This document shows, one piece after another, positions 19,823-30,972 of a stretch of 64,000 nt of DNA (the first letter of the stretch is position 1; each line of letters starts with the position of its first letter). The translations under genes and the position numbers were made by a program. Source of the DNA: an uncultured cyanobacterium (GTDB taxonomy: Bacteria > Cyanobacteriota > Cyanobacteriia > Cyanobacteriales > Nostocaceae); contig CAVUDP010000004.1 in the NCBI GenBank assembly GCA_963740315.1, positions 768,001 to 832,000 on the forward strand, written 5' to 3'. Under the pieces are notes generated by a model. That model saw nothing but the letters and a program-made list of their open reading frames with translations, made no database searches and was not told the DNA's origin.

Positions 19823-20881
19823 ATGCGTCCATATACTGCTATCTTAATTATTCCAACGGGTGTTGGAGCAGCCATCGGAGGTTATGCAGGTGATGCATTA
19901 CCTGTCGCTAAGGCTATGGCTGAAGTTTGTGATGTTTTGATAACCCATCCTAACGTCCTCAATGGTGCAATTTTGTACTGGAATTTACCCAACGCTTTGT
20001 ATGTTGAAGGTTACGGAATTGACAAATTTGCTGAAGGGAATTGGGGTTTACAGCCAGTACATCAAAATAAAATTGGTTTGATTTTCGATCGAGGAATTGA
20101 GCCAGATTTACGTTTAAGAAACATTCAAGCAGCAGACGCAGCTAGAGCAACGCTGGGATTAAATTTAACAGATTATGTAGTCACCGATGCCCCGCTAAAC
20201 GTTGAGTTACGCTCTGCTCAATCCGGTGCAAGCTGGGGTACCATAGGCAATCCAGATAGTTTGTTAAGGGCTGCGGAAGTATTGATAAATAAAGCTGGTG
20301 CGGAAGCGATCGCAGTTGTGGCGCGTTTTCCCGATTACCTTGATGAGGAAGCAGAGCAAAATTACCGTGAAGGGAAGGGAGTCGATCCAATCGCGGGTGC
20401 AGAAGCGGTAATCAGCCATTTGATAGTGCGAGAATTTCAGATTCCTTGCGCTCATTCTCCAACGTTTTCTCCACCTGCTTTAGATGCAAATTTATCTCCG
20501 CGTTCGGCTGCGGAAGAATTGGGTTATACTTTTTTACCAAGCGTACTTGTGGGCTTGAGTCGCGCACCTCAGTTTATTTCTAGGGAATCTAACGAATTTC
20601 CTAACAATAGCGATATATGGGTACCGGAAGTAGATGCTGTAATTGTACCAGCAAATGCTTGTGGTAGCAGCGCTTTACTAAGTTTGAGTCAAAAAAACTG
20701 TCAGATAATTACTGTAGAGGAAAATCAAACTCAAATGCAGGTACCTGCTCAATGTTTGGGAATCAAGACAATATCAGCAAGCTCTTACTTGGAAGCGATC
20801 GGAATATTAGCGGCTCATAAAGCAGGAATTAATCCATCTGTTATAAGTTCTACAATATTTTCTTTACAGTCGTTAGTTTAG
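19823..20881 (+). CDS. DUF3326 family protein
   Basis: IIPTGVGAAIGGYAGDALP, ITHPNVLNGA, GAEAVISH, SAAEELGYTFLP. Confidence 0.88.
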   Translation: MRPYTAILIIPTGVGAAIGGYAGDALPVAKAMAEVCDVLITHPNVLNGAILYWNLPNALYVEGYGIDKFAEGNWGLQPVHQNKIGLIFDRGIEPDLRLRNIQAADAARATLGLNLTDYVVTDAPLNVELRSAQSGASWGTIGNPDSLLRAAEVLINKAGAEAIAVVARFPDYLDEEAEQNYREGKGVDPIAGAEAVISHLIVREFQIPCAHSPTFSPPALDANLSPRSAAEELGYTFLPSVLVGLSRAPQFISRESNEFPNNSDIWVPEVDAVIVPANACGSSALLSLSQKNCQIITVEENQTQMQVPAQCLGIKTISASSYLEAIGILAAHKAGINPSVISSTIFSLQSLV

Positions 20882-20992
20882 ATGCTAATTGTTAGTTGTA
20901 AAGCAGCACTTAGATATAGGGTCAATCCAAAACAAAATAAACGCATCCGTTGTTAAAAGCATCCGTTGTTAAAATCCAAAATCCAAAATTGA

Positions 20993-21577
20993 ATGACGCA
21001 ACAGCAAAAGAACGAGCCAGAAATTCCATACCTGACACGTACCCAAGTGCTGATGGCAATGGGTGTGACAGCTATTATTTTGTGGATTATTGCCAAACTG
21101 TGGTTGCAATTTGGTGATTCTACCTTAATGTCTTGGCGTTGGAATCGAAACGAATTATTGATAGGAGTGGCATTAGGTTTAACTATTACCCTCTTGAGTA
21201 GTTTAGCTTATCGGTTTTTGCCTTTATACCGTCAAAGCGCCAACTATTATTTGGAAATTGTACTCAAACCTTTAGCATTACCCGATTTAATTTGGTTGGG
21301 GTTGTTACCTGGGTTGAGTGAAGAATTATTGTTCAGAGGAGTAATGCTTCCAGCTTTAGGCTTTAATCACTTAGCCGTAATTGTATCAAGTATTTGCTTT
21401 GGCGTTTTACATCTGAGCGGTTCTGGGCAATGGGCTTATGTGTTTTGGGCAACTATTGTTGGAGTAATTTTAGGATACAGTGCCCTTTTGAGCGGTAACT
21501 TATTAGTTCCGATAATTGCTCATGTTGTAACTAATTTAGTCTCTAGCTACTTCTGGAAAATACAGCAATTTAAATAA
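20993..21577 (+). CDS. CPBP (Abi/CAAX) intramembrane metalloprotease
   Basis: SEELLFRG, FGVLH, AHVVTN motifs; hydrophobic. Confidence 0.92.
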   Translation: MTQQQKNEPEIPYLTRTQVLMAMGVTAIILWIIAKLWLQFGDSTLMSWRWNRNELLIGVALGLTITLLSSLAYRFLPLYRQSANYYLEIVLKPLALPDLIWLGLLPGLSEELLFRGVMLPALGFNHLAVIVSSICFGVLHLSGSGQWAYVFWATIVGVILGYSALLSGNLLVPIIAHVVTNLVSSYFWKIQQFK

Positions 21578-21855
21578 TTAATAATCAAAAATCCTTACCG
21601 CCGTTGAAATTATTGAATCTATGAACTCAACATACTGATATTAACATTACGTCTATCTTCTTCTAATTTAATAACATTTTTTATTGTAAATGGCGACTTA
21701 CTTAGAATCGCTACCTTAAACTTAATTCCGTCTATCTAGTGATAAACGGAATTTCAGATTTTTATTTAATATACTTTCTTAACGCTTCTGTACGATCGCG
21801 CGATCGCTCAAAAAGTTTTTATGCCAGAAGTTAACTTTCTGTGTGAATAAAGTAC

Positions 21856-24495
21856 TCAAGCAGCAATATCGCTTTTATCAAAATTATCTACTGAATGATT
21901 TCGTAAAACTTGCTTTATTTTAGGTGATTGTCTATTGCTGAATTTTTCAGGGAAATTAAGCTCGATCGCAACTTTTCCGCGTTCTTCTTCAACAAGATTG
22001 ATTTCAGCTACAAATCTAGTAGGTGGAGTATTTTCACCTTTTAGACTCAACAGCAAACCAACTAATGGTTTCATATTTTGCATTTTTTCTAAATCTTGTC
22101 TTCCCAGCAATCGATCGTTATTTGATAAAGATTTTTTACTATCTAATTCCAGCCGTAAACTTGTTATTCCTAATTCGCTAACAACTCCACTAAAGAAATG
22201 ACCATCCCAATAAAGTTGAGCGCTGGTATTTACCTGCTTGCGTATTTTTTTGGTCGTGGTTGGTTTTAATTCGCGCAAAGAACGAGTTATGCTGCTGGCT
22301 AAAAAACCAAGAGAAGCAATTGGTTTATCCGCGTTTTCTCGATTTTGCGAATACCATTCTTTGACATCAGAATACATAACTAAGGCTAAATCATCCATTT
22401 GGGCGCGGGTAACATTAATGAAATCGACTCCCAACTGAGTTTCTGTTTCATTTACGGGAGTAACTCGGACAACCCTTGCAGTTACAACAGCACGAGCGTC
22501 AAAATCTCCCATAACCTCAATCTGTACTTCATCTGGTAAATTAGACCATGATTCCAAGGATATTAAAGCACCAGTTTCTGAAATATTAATTGTTTCTCCC
22601 ATAATGGTTTGCTCGTCGCTAGAAATAACCGCAGCAAGCCGTCTTTGCAAACGGTGAGCGCTACGAATCTGTGGTTGTTCAAATCCTACGAGTAAAGCTG
22701 CCGTTAGCAAAATCAAGTTAAAGCCACACCATAAAGTGTTAACCAATACTGCTTCCGAATCTTCTGGGTGTAATAACAACCAAGAAGGAACTGTAAGCAA
22801 GGCAGCTGTTACTAATAGTGTTACTATCACCAAACCGCGCATCGATGCCCAGTCAAAGGTACGCTTGGTAACGTTTATCCCTTTATCGGTAACGTTAAAG
22901 GTACCCATTTTGGGATTAAACAGCGCTAATAAAGTTACCCAACCCGCTTGGAAAGACATGACAAATTCAAAAATTTCGTTCCAGAAGGAAAATCGGACGT
23001 GTTTGTAAATAATGTGGTTGGTAGCGAGGGAAAGAAGAATATGCGGTACGGCATATGCTAAAGTTTCTAAACCCAAACCTTGGATGGGATTGACCCCAAA
23101 TAACAAGAACAAGGTGGGAATGATTGCGTATACGAGTCGGGGATAGCCGTATAAAAAGTGGGAAGTAGCGCTCAAGTAACAAATTCGTTGAGCAAAATTT
23201 AAATTTAACTTGGGATTAAATAATGGGTTTTCAATTCTAAGAATCTGCGCCATTCCTCTAGCCCAGCGTACTTGTTGACCAACATAGGCTGAAAAGGTAT
23301 CTGGTGCTAACCCCGCTACCATGATTTTGTCGTAGTAAACGGATTTATAACCTTTTGAGTGCAAACGTAATGCTGTGTGACAATCTTCTGTTACCGTTTC
23401 AACCGCAATCCCTCCAACTTCCAAAGCATGAGTTTTACGAATAACTGCTGCTGAACCGCAGAAAAATGATGCGTTCCAAAAATCATTTCCTTTTTGCAGT
23501 ACTTTGTAAAATAGTTCGTTACCTACAGGGATTTTTCCGTCAGTAAGTAAGTTGCGCTCGAAGGGATCGGGATTATAAAACCAGTGGGGTGTTTGTACAA
23601 AGGATACTTTGGGGTCGTAAAAGAAACCTACAGTGTGTAGGAGAAATTGCCGAGATGGAACGTGGTCGCAGTCTAAAATTAATACTAAATCGCCGTTAGT
23701 TTTATAAAAAGCAGTGTTGATGTTACCAGCTTTGGCATGGTCGTTATTATCTCGTCCCATATGGATGCAGCCAAGTTCTTCACACATTTGCTGCAACTGT
23801 TCTCGTCTGATGCGGAAAGTCTCTCGACGCGGATCGTCTTCTTTATACTTTTCAGGACGACCATCATCGAGAACGTAAACCTTCTTTTTGCCGGGAGCGT
23901 AATCGCAAACCAAAGCTGCTAATGCTGTTTTACGAACAATTTCAACATCTTCGTTATAAGTGGGAATGTAAATATCAACATCAAACCATTCATCTTGGGG
24001 AATGGTAGAAATATCGATCGGTTTACGTTCTTTAATTTTTAAGGTTTGAAAGTATGCTAATACCAAGGAGAAAATTGCATACAATTCTGCTGTTAGTAGG
24101 GTGACACAAGCAATACTATTTACCCATCCGTCGAAGTTAAGCGTGTAGCTCAGACGGTAATATAAATACCGCATTGTCGTTACCAGACTCAGCCACACCA
24201 TAAACAGGTGATAATATTGACTAACTTCTGTTGAAGATTCTTGTTCTTCTGCTCCTAATACTAACTGACCTAGTAGTACCAAAAATACTGCTATTGCTCC
24301 TTGCTGCCAAACTTCTAGCGGTGTAACAATCAGCGGAATTGAAAATACTAGTAGCAGTAAAATTAGCCACTTAAAATGTTTGATTCCAACTTTTTTTAAA
24401 GTCTTATCAAAAAAGCTGGGTGTGAGGTCAATCAGCCATCTGCTTATGTTAAAGCGTTGGCGTTTTTTATCAGATTTTTGGACTGAGGAGGGCAT
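21856..24495 (-). CDS. bcsA: Cellulose synthase catalytic subunit (GT2 + PilZ)
   Basis: IPTYNE, LDDG, HAKAGN, LDCDH, QTPH, FFCGS, TED, QVRW, FNVTDK gating loop, PilZ RSAHR and NISETG. Confidence 0.95.
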   Translation of the reverse strand: MPSSVQKSDKKRQRFNISRWLIDLTPSFFDKTLKKVGIKHFKWLILLLLVFSIPLIVTPLEVWQQGAIAVFLVLLGQLVLGAEEQESSTEVSQYYHLFMVWLSLVTTMRYLYYRLSYTLNFDGWVNSIACVTLLTAELYAIFSLVLAYFQTLKIKERKPIDISTIPQDEWFDVDIYIPTYNEDVEIVRKTALAALVCDYAPGKKKVYVLDDGRPEKYKEDDPRRETFRIRREQLQQMCEELGCIHMGRDNNDHAKAGNINTAFYKTNGDLVLILDCDHVPSRQFLLHTVGFFYDPKVSFVQTPHWFYNPDPFERNLLTDGKIPVGNELFYKVLQKGNDFWNASFFCGSAAVIRKTHALEVGGIAVETVTEDCHTALRLHSKGYKSVYYDKIMVAGLAPDTFSAYVGQQVRWARGMAQILRIENPLFNPKLNLNFAQRICYLSATSHFLYGYPRLVYAIIPTLFLLFGVNPIQGLGLETLAYAVPHILLSLATNHIIYKHVRFSFWNEIFEFVMSFQAGWVTLLALFNPKMGTFNVTDKGINVTKRTFDWASMRGLVIVTLLVTAALLTVPSWLLLHPEDSEAVLVNTLWCGFNLILLTAALLVGFEQPQIRSAHRLQRRLAAVISSDEQTIMGETINISETGALISLESWSNLPDEVQIEVMGDFDARAVVTARVVRVTPVNETETQLGVDFINVTRAQMDDLALVMYSDVKEWYSQNRENADKPIASLGFLASSITRSLRELKPTTTKKIRKQVNTSAQLYWDGHFFSGVVSELGITSLRLELDSKKSLSNNDRLLGRQDLEKMQNMKPLVGLLLSLKGENTPPTRFVAEINLVEEERGKVAIELNFPEKFSNRQSPKIKQVLRNHSVDNFDKSDIAA

Positions 24496-24548
24496 GGCAA
24501 TTTAAATTTAGTTATTAAAGGTGATGCAGTCAATCGGTTATTAAACAA

Positions 24549-24646
24549 GGGAGTGGGGAGTAGGGAGAGGGGGGAGAGGGGGTAGAGGGGGTAGAAAATT
24601 AACTGTTAACGGCAGCAAGCTATTCCCCTACCCATTACCCATTACC
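24549..24646. repeat. STRR-type G-rich and C-rich repeat arms between bcsB and bcsA
   Basis: gggagtggggagtagggagagggggg...; tattcccctacccattacccattacc. Confidence 0.7.
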
Positions 24647-26945
24647 TCCTCTGAGCAGTAGAAATCCGCTTTAGATACAGCTGAACTATTCCATAAAGTA
24701 TTAAAGATAAACCGACAATACCTGCGGGTACTAACAGCCAGTTTTCCTGTAGCATCCGCGTCATTTTGCTCAAAAGGCTAGTATCTTCGATGCGACGAGT
24801 TTCAGGAGCATTGTCAAAGAATGCTAACTGATAGCCGTCTGGATCGTAAGCAACTGGGTTTTTCTTATCGCTGCTAATTAATACCGTATCCTTCTTGAGT
24901 TGGAAGAACCAAGGGTCTTTACTTAATACTTCTTGTACTCTTTCTAACCCAGTATCCGTCTGAGCAGTCAAAGCCAACACAACGCGATCGCCATTCCAAG
25001 GAGAGAGTATTTGCTTGATCATTCCTTGTTTATCTTGAGGAACTGTAACGCTTGCTTGGGCTGAACCACGTCCGAACGATCTACCCAAGTTAAACCCTGG
25101 AGATTTGAATACGTCAGGTAAAGGAAACTCGTCTCGCGTACCAATTGCTACTAAATGTTCGTTTTTACGTACTTCTGGAGGCAATGTATTTGAAGTATAA
25201 ACATCTAGCTTGACTGCATCCGCACGACTCAATCTTCCTAAACGTTCGCTAAAGGCAAGCATTGTCAATATATCTGTACCGCTCGGCTCTTGTGGAAGTA
25301 CGATCGCTGTTTTAGATAAATCTTGAGGTGCAGCAAAGGGGAATCCATACTGCATTAATTGCAGGTTCGGTAGCTCTACGGAATTTTCTCGTTTTAAATC
25401 GAAGCTGGTATCGGAATGAACGGTACCTGTAAGCTGTTGGTCTGGTGGGCTGATACAGTTTGTTTTATCAAACGGTTCTTTGGGATTCATCCGGAAAAAT
25501 ACCTGGATCTTAGAATCAGGCTTAACCAATTTGGCTGGTAAATCTACTTTGAGATTTTTCTCCATTTCTCCTTGGTCTGAATCTAGTCGCGCTCCACCGA
25601 TAAATACTCCATCTAACAAGACTTCTACAGCAGAGGTTCTGGGATTCATCTGCGGTCCGTAGCTGTAAACCAAGTTCATCGAACTACCGCGCACAAATCT
25701 GTCATCCGGTAATGCACGGAAGTCTATTTCGATTGGTGGAGCCGCAGAACCACGAACGCTGACATCTCTGAAAGGATCGCCGTTAACTTGAGTTTTGATA
25801 TCGCTGAGTTTGAAGTTATTAGATTCCGGTAGATAACGCGACCATTCTCTTTTTCCTGGTGTAGTCAATTCTTCTAGTTCTGTGATTAAAACAAATTGCT
25901 CTGCACCCATTTTTCGCGAAGAAGGCTGTGCTAAGAACCTTGCAGCTTTAGCAACTCCCTTTGCACCATTTCCAGTGGCAACTAAAACAGGGACTTTACC
26001 TTTTTTTGTCGTAGTTAAGATTAATACTCCTGTATCTTCTGGTATTGCATTTCCATCGGCATTTAAAATTTGAGAACCCGCTATTTTCTGAGGTAATTCC
26101 AAGTCTGCTAGAGCAGGTTGTTCGCTGGGAGTACCGATGATAACTAATCTCTCATTAGTAGATACTTTTGAAATATCGGAAATTAAATCTGTCTCTATCG
26201 GACGAAATTCAGCTTGCCTCCCTAATGAAGCTTGCAAACGAGCTGCTCCCTCTAACCAAGATCGATCGGTAGTCTGAGGTTTTAAATAAACGATGCGGTT
26301 GGTGTCTAAATTGAGGTTATCAAAGAAGGGATAGGGATAGTTGCTGAAATTGAGCGGAATTGGTTTACGTGCGTAGTCAAAAATTAATTTTGAGTCTGGT
26401 AATATTTCCGTCCATAGGGTTGGATCGCCCGGATCGCTACATCCCTCTGTATTGTTCTGCTGCGCTACAATCTTGAGTTCGTTATACTCTTGCAGTAGCT
26501 TTGGCGGAATGTTTAAAAGTACTCGACCAACTTGAGATTTTTTGCGATTTAGAGGGATGCTACCTACAGCCGTATCGTTGACAAGTACTGTTAAGTTAGA
26601 GCGATTCGCGTAGAGCGCTGGTGAATGTTGAAAGTGAAGCTCGGCTTTTACAGTACCTACATCCCAACCACGAGGACGAGTAAAACCCAGACAACCTTCA
26701 GAATAAACCCCTCGCAAACGCATCCGATTGCCAACTATTGGACTGCGGTTGAATTCTAAAATGTATTTCTCGTCGTATTTGGTTGAGGAAGTTTTCGAGT
26801 TCCTAGTTGCTTGTGCGAATAAAATACCTTCAGAATTTGTTATTTGATTCCTACTAGCGGCTTGGGCAGTTGGTAAAGTGGATAATAAACAAAAAGATAT
26901 AAGAAATGCTTTGTTAACCGCTTTAAAATTAAATAGATGCTTCAT
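24642..26945 (-). CDS. bcsB: Cellulose synthase periplasmic co-subunit BcsB
   Basis: Signal peptide, SPAL...SNLTVLVN, C...LWTEILPDS, YPYPFFD, LPNL..GFPF, SPWNGDRVVL, C-terminal TM anchor; adjacent to bcsA. Confidence 0.9.
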   Translation of the reverse strand: MKHLFNFKAVNKAFLISFCLLSTLPTAQAASRNQITNSEGILFAQATRNSKTSSTKYDEKYILEFNRSPIVGNRMRLRGVYSEGCLGFTRPRGWDVGTVKAELHFQHSPALYANRSNLTVLVNDTAVGSIPLNRKKSQVGRVLLNIPPKLLQEYNELKIVAQQNNTEGCSDPGDPTLWTEILPDSKLIFDYARKPIPLNFSNYPYPFFDNLNLDTNRIVYLKPQTTDRSWLEGAARLQASLGRQAEFRPIETDLISDISKVSTNERLVIIGTPSEQPALADLELPQKIAGSQILNADGNAIPEDTGVLILTTTKKGKVPVLVATGNGAKGVAKAARFLAQPSSRKMGAEQFVLITELEELTTPGKREWSRYLPESNNFKLSDIKTQVNGDPFRDVSVRGSAAPPIEIDFRALPDDRFVRGSSMNLVYSYGPQMNPRTSAVEVLLDGVFIGGARLDSDQGEMEKNLKVDLPAKLVKPDSKIQVFFRMNPKEPFDKTNCISPPDQQLTGTVHSDTSFDLKRENSVELPNLQLMQYGFPFAAPQDLSKTAIVLPQEPSGTDILTMLAFSERLGRLSRADAVKLDVYTSNTLPPEVRKNEHLVAIGTRDEFPLPDVFKSPGFNLGRSFGRGSAQASVTVPQDKQGMIKQILSPWNGDRVVLALTAQTDTGLERVQEVLSKDPWFFQLKKDTVLISSDKKNPVAYDPDGYQLAFFDNAPETRRIEDTSLLSKMTRMLQENWLLVPAGIVGLSLILYGIVQLYLKRISTAQRR

Positions 26946-27099
26946 AACACAGTATTTTAATTATTAGGTAAATAGAGGATGAATTGGTTTTAAAATGCTT
27001 TTTTGATTGGTGAAAATACTTGAACTAAGTATTTAGTTGATTACTTAAGTATTGCTGCCAACATTTTATTCGCTTTCTTTCTAAAAGTGCCATAACTTC

Positions 27100-28362
27100 T
27101 TAATTACTTTGCAAAAGTTCTGGAGAAATTGCTGATGGAGATAGCAAGCCCAACCAAGCTAGATTCTGAGTGTAGTAAGCTTCGTTATCATCCCAAACTT
27201 CTTGTTGGTACTGAGGTAGCAATTTTTTGTCTAACAACTCTTGAGCCAATTCTGGTTCTATCAGCTTAGTTGCTGCATACAGCATGGCGTATTGAGATGT
27301 CGCTTCGTAATTTACCAAAGCTTTACCTTCAAGGTTTATCCGTGCTGGTATGCTCGACTGTTCCCGCCACAGCTTGAGCGGATACTGAATAGATGTTTCC
27401 AGATAGCTTCGTGCTTCGGATGAATTAAACCAGCTTGCATCCAATGCGATTCGCCACCAAACGCGAAATGCATCAAAACTATATACGCTACTCAGTGAGC
27501 TATCAGAAGGTAAAGGTTGATATTTTCCTGTTTTTGAATCCAAAGCAACCCAGTCGCTAGGTAAATTTACAGTGCTTAGTTGTCTAGAATCTTTTAATAC
27601 TTCATAGCTACTATCCACCAAGCTCAACCAATCTCTTTCGGGGTCAACTTGAGCAAACAAGCGAAAAGCATAAGGAGCAAAGTAAGAGGGGTTGAGATAA
27701 AAAGTGGATGTGTTTTTCACAAATGCAGCTTTGGGACCCGGTAGCAAATAGCGTTTTTCAGATCCAACTACAGTTGAATATTTCCACAAATCTTGCAGTT
27801 TAGTTTTTGCTATTTTCAAGTATTCCGGACGATTCCACCTTCTTGATGCCAATATCAAAGCAGTAATAGCATCTATATCCCCATCACTAGCAAAATTCTT
27901 ATCTATCGCACCCCAGCTACCATCAGATGTACGCCCCCATTTCCAAGCCCATAAATTATCTATAGGTTTGCCATTTTCTAGTCTTCGGAGATTGTTTTCT
28001 CCCCAATTTAAAGTTAGGGCAAAGGTTGCAGGGTCATCGATCAGTACCGCCCGTAACATTGCATAGGCTTGACCTTCACTAGTCGAACGATCGCTAGCTT
28101 CGTAATCAATTACTCTTCCATCTCTCTGGATAAATCGACGACGATAGCTATCCCAGCTTTCCACTAGTAACTTTTTATTGGGAGTCGATGGAGGAAGGGC
28201 TGCCATAAATTGAACGCGATCGTCGTTGATCGCTAAGGGGGTAGGTGTTGATTCGGGGGATTTTATGCTGGGTTTTTCGAGACTATTTGCTGAATCACCC
28301 CCTTTACAGCCGCACAAAGTAATTAAGCTTAATATAGCTACTACTTTTGGAATATAGTTCAT
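27100..28362 (-). CDS. bcsZ: GH8 endoglucanase, probable lipoprotein
   Basis: DGRVID, TSEGQAYAM, NFASDGD, LNPSYF, SFDAFRV, YYTQNL; lipobox-like LCGC. Confidence 0.92.
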   Translation of the reverse strand: MNYIPKVVAILSLITLCGCKGGDSANSLEKPSIKSPESTPTPLAINDDRVQFMAALPPSTPNKKLLVESWDSYRRRFIQRDGRVIDYEASDRSTSEGQAYAMLRAVLIDDPATFALTLNWGENNLRRLENGKPIDNLWAWKWGRTSDGSWGAIDKNFASDGDIDAITALILASRRWNRPEYLKIAKTKLQDLWKYSTVVGSEKRYLLPGPKAAFVKNTSTFYLNPSYFAPYAFRLFAQVDPERDWLSLVDSSYEVLKDSRQLSTVNLPSDWVALDSKTGKYQPLPSDSSLSSVYSFDAFRVWWRIALDASWFNSSEARSYLETSIQYPLKLWREQSSIPARINLEGKALVNYEATSQYAMLYAATKLIEPELAQELLDKKLLPQYQQEVWDDNEAYYTQNLAWLGLLSPSAISPELLQSN

Positions 28363-28602
28363 CTTTAAGGAGCGTTTTGATTAATTTTTCTAGTTATCAA
28401 AATTTCTCAAAATTGTATTTGAAAAACTTCTTTTGATTACTATTCCCTTTGTAGTCCGTATAATTGACTAAAGAACGTATTCTTTATAAAAAATTTGTTT
28501 GGATGATGATTTCGCTGCATATTCTTTATTAAGAGGGAGTAGGGAGAAGAGGTAACGCGATAAAAACCCGCCCTTGCTACAAGCACGAGCGGCAATTCAA
28601 AA

Positions 28603-30972
28603 TTAATTTTTGCCCCGACGCTCGTAGCTTTCCCAAGGTGGTTGAAAGCCACGTCGTTGCAAAAAGTCTTCTTGTATCTGCTGCATCTGGCTTGAAATTT
28701 CCGGGTCTTTTTCACCACTGGCAATTTGCTCAATTTGCAGTTGTTCTAGGGCTTTCATCGCCGCTAAAGGTTTGTCAAAAATAGCATTCAATCCTGCCAG
28801 AGCGCGACGTGCTTCCGTATCTTGCGGGTTTTGTTCCAACACTGCGGAATAAATTTGTTCTGCCAATCCAAATCGCCTTTGCTCAAAGCGAATTCCGCCC
28901 AAAGCAGCCAAAGCATCTACATCATCTGGTTCTTCTTTGAGAATATTTTCATAAGCTTTACCAGCCATATCGAAATCGCCAATAGCTTTAGCTAACAACG
29001 CTACTCTCTGTTGTGACTTCGCATTATCTGGAGCATTGGCAATCAACTGCTTCATTCGCAAGCGTGCTTCGGCTGGGTTTCGTTGAGCTATAGTTTCCAG
29101 CAACCGCTGCTGCAATCTAATGCTACTGGGGTCAAGTTCTATTAAGTAATTATACAGAGCTTCGCGATTGGGGTCGGTAGGTAATTGCGTTACCAAACTA
29201 TATAGTTCTGGTGGAGTATTGGTTGCTTTTTGAGTTGCCAACCAATTATCTAAAACGGCTTCTGCTTCTGGTTTAGAAATGCGTTTGGCTTGATACGCAA
29301 CACTAGTAAGACCTAACTGAGCGGTAATATCTTGAGGATTGCGTTTTATAACTTGCTCGTATACGACTAAAGCTTCGTCAAAACGCTTTTGCTGGACTCT
29401 TACGCCTACCAATCCACGCAAAGCACCATCAGTAATTTCCTCTTTGGGGTTTTCGTTAAGTATGGCAAAGTAGCGTTGAGCGCTGGCTTCTAAGTTGCCT
29501 TCCCTTCTTTCGATTTCTGCTGCAAGCAACTGTGAAGCCATGTCTTGGGAACCTGCGGATGTCGCCGTATAAGCTGCTAAAGCCTGTCTGGCTTGAATTG
29601 TATTTTCGAGTTGCAAATACATCTGAGCTACCCGAAAATTCAAAAACGGTGCGTTAACCCCCGTCTGCAAGAGATTTTGATATACGGGTAGAAGTTGAGG
29701 TGAGGGAGCATCTATATCGGCTAATGCTAAAGCTAATTGCAGTTGTACCTCCGAAGTTGGTAAGTTTTGCAATGTTGTCGCCAAGCGCTGGTTTAAATCG
29801 CTTTTGGAAACCATTCCCAATTTATATTCCAAACCTAGCTGACGCACTACCAAACTTTTATCGTTGGGTAACATAGAAGCTAAACGTCTATAAATTTGTA
29901 ATGCTGTTTCCTCTCCTTGGGGTAAACCAGTAAAGACATTGGCGATTTCCCGCAGCAAGCTGGGAGAAGGATTAGGGTTATTAGCAAGGGCTTGGCGGTA
30001 GAGATTGGTGACTTGTTGCGTCAAGTTGGGATTATCTGTATTCTTACGAATTTCATTTAGCGCTCTAGCTAAAGGTAAAATCGCCTCTTCTCTATCTTGC
30101 AAAGGATCTAATACAGCTAAAGCTTCGGCTTCTTGTTTATTCGCAATATATGCTTGAGACAGTTCTGCACGAGCAAGTATAGCTAATTGATCTAAGGTTT
30201 CAGAGCGCTGTAGCTGAGTTTGTAAAATTCCGATCGCTTTTTGAGGATTGCCAGTTTTGCGTAAAGTAAGAGCGTAAGCAACCGCAGCGTAATCGGTTAT
30301 CGGTTTGCCAGTGGCTTGATAGCGGTTGAACAATTCCTTAGCTTTTTGATAATCGCCACTATAACTGTAAGTTTGAGCGGCTCCGATGATTGCTTCTTCT
30401 GTGGGATTGTTCGCTAACACTATTTCAAAGTCGGCGATCGCTTCGCCAAATTGTCCCTGATAGGAATAAAGCAAAGCCCGGTAATAACGACTTTGCAAAT
30501 CATCAGGATTCAACTCAAGCAAAGTATTGAGAGCCTTGATGCCCGGTTTGTTCCATTCGGGACGATAAGTACCCATCATCCCGACAATTTTCAACGCCGC
30601 TTGATTTGTGGGATCTTGCACCAACACCTGTTGATAAGTTTGAAAAGCATCTTCGATACGTCCGGCTCGATTGTAAGCAATGGCTAACCCTAGCTTGGCT
30701 TGCAAAGATTGCGGATTGCTTTTTAAGGCTTGTTGAAAAGCACTAATGGCATCATCTACCCATCCTTTTTTGAGGAGATTATAACCCCGTTGGGTTGCCC
30801 CAGATGACTGAGCCTTTACTGGGGCAATATTATTCAAAGTGAAGACTGCGATCGGGCAAGTAAAAACGAATAAGTGAAAAGGCAGCAAAGTAATGGCAAG
30901 AATTGTTTGACTTTGTGTTTTTGGTTTTCGTCGCCATAAATTAGCTTTATACAAGTTAAATTTATGATTCAT
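28603..30972 (-). CDS. Exported TPR-repeat protein (BcsC N-terminal-like scaffold, no beta-barrel)
   Basis: Signal-like N-terminus then TPR helices to the C-terminus; ATGA overlap with the upstream porin gene. Confidence 0.88.
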   Translation of the reverse strand: MNHKFNLYKANLWRRKPKTQSQTILAITLLPFHLFVFTCPIAVFTLNNIAPVKAQSSGATQRGYNLLKKGWVDDAISAFQQALKSNPQSLQAKLGLAIAYNRAGRIEDAFQTYQQVLVQDPTNQAALKIVGMMGTYRPEWNKPGIKALNTLLELNPDDLQSRYYRALLYSYQGQFGEAIADFEIVLANNPTEEAIIGAAQTYSYSGDYQKAKELFNRYQATGKPITDYAAVAYALTLRKTGNPQKAIGILQTQLQRSETLDQLAILARAELSQAYIANKQEAEALAVLDPLQDREEAILPLARALNEIRKNTDNPNLTQQVTNLYRQALANNPNPSPSLLREIANVFTGLPQGEETALQIYRRLASMLPNDKSLVVRQLGLEYKLGMVSKSDLNQRLATTLQNLPTSEVQLQLALALADIDAPSPQLLPVYQNLLQTGVNAPFLNFRVAQMYLQLENTIQARQALAAYTATSAGSQDMASQLLAAEIERREGNLEASAQRYFAILNENPKEEITDGALRGLVGVRVQQKRFDEALVVYEQVIKRNPQDITAQLGLTSVAYQAKRISKPEAEAVLDNWLATQKATNTPPELYSLVTQLPTDPNREALYNYLIELDPSSIRLQQRLLETIAQRNPAEARLRMKQLIANAPDNAKSQQRVALLAKAIGDFDMAGKAYENILKEEPDDVDALAALGGIRFEQRRFGLAEQIYSAVLEQNPQDTEARRALAGLNAIFDKPLAAMKALEQLQIEQIASGEKDPEISSQMQQIQEDFLQRRGFQPPWESYERRGKN

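Noticed and set aside
20943..20975. Duplicated gcatccgttgttaaaa upstream of the CPBP gene as an operator
   Set aside because: A simple local duplication next to an STRR explains it; no regulator evidence
28440..28733. 97-aa ORF overlapping the TPR gene end
   Set aside because: Alternate-frame overlap with no recognisable features
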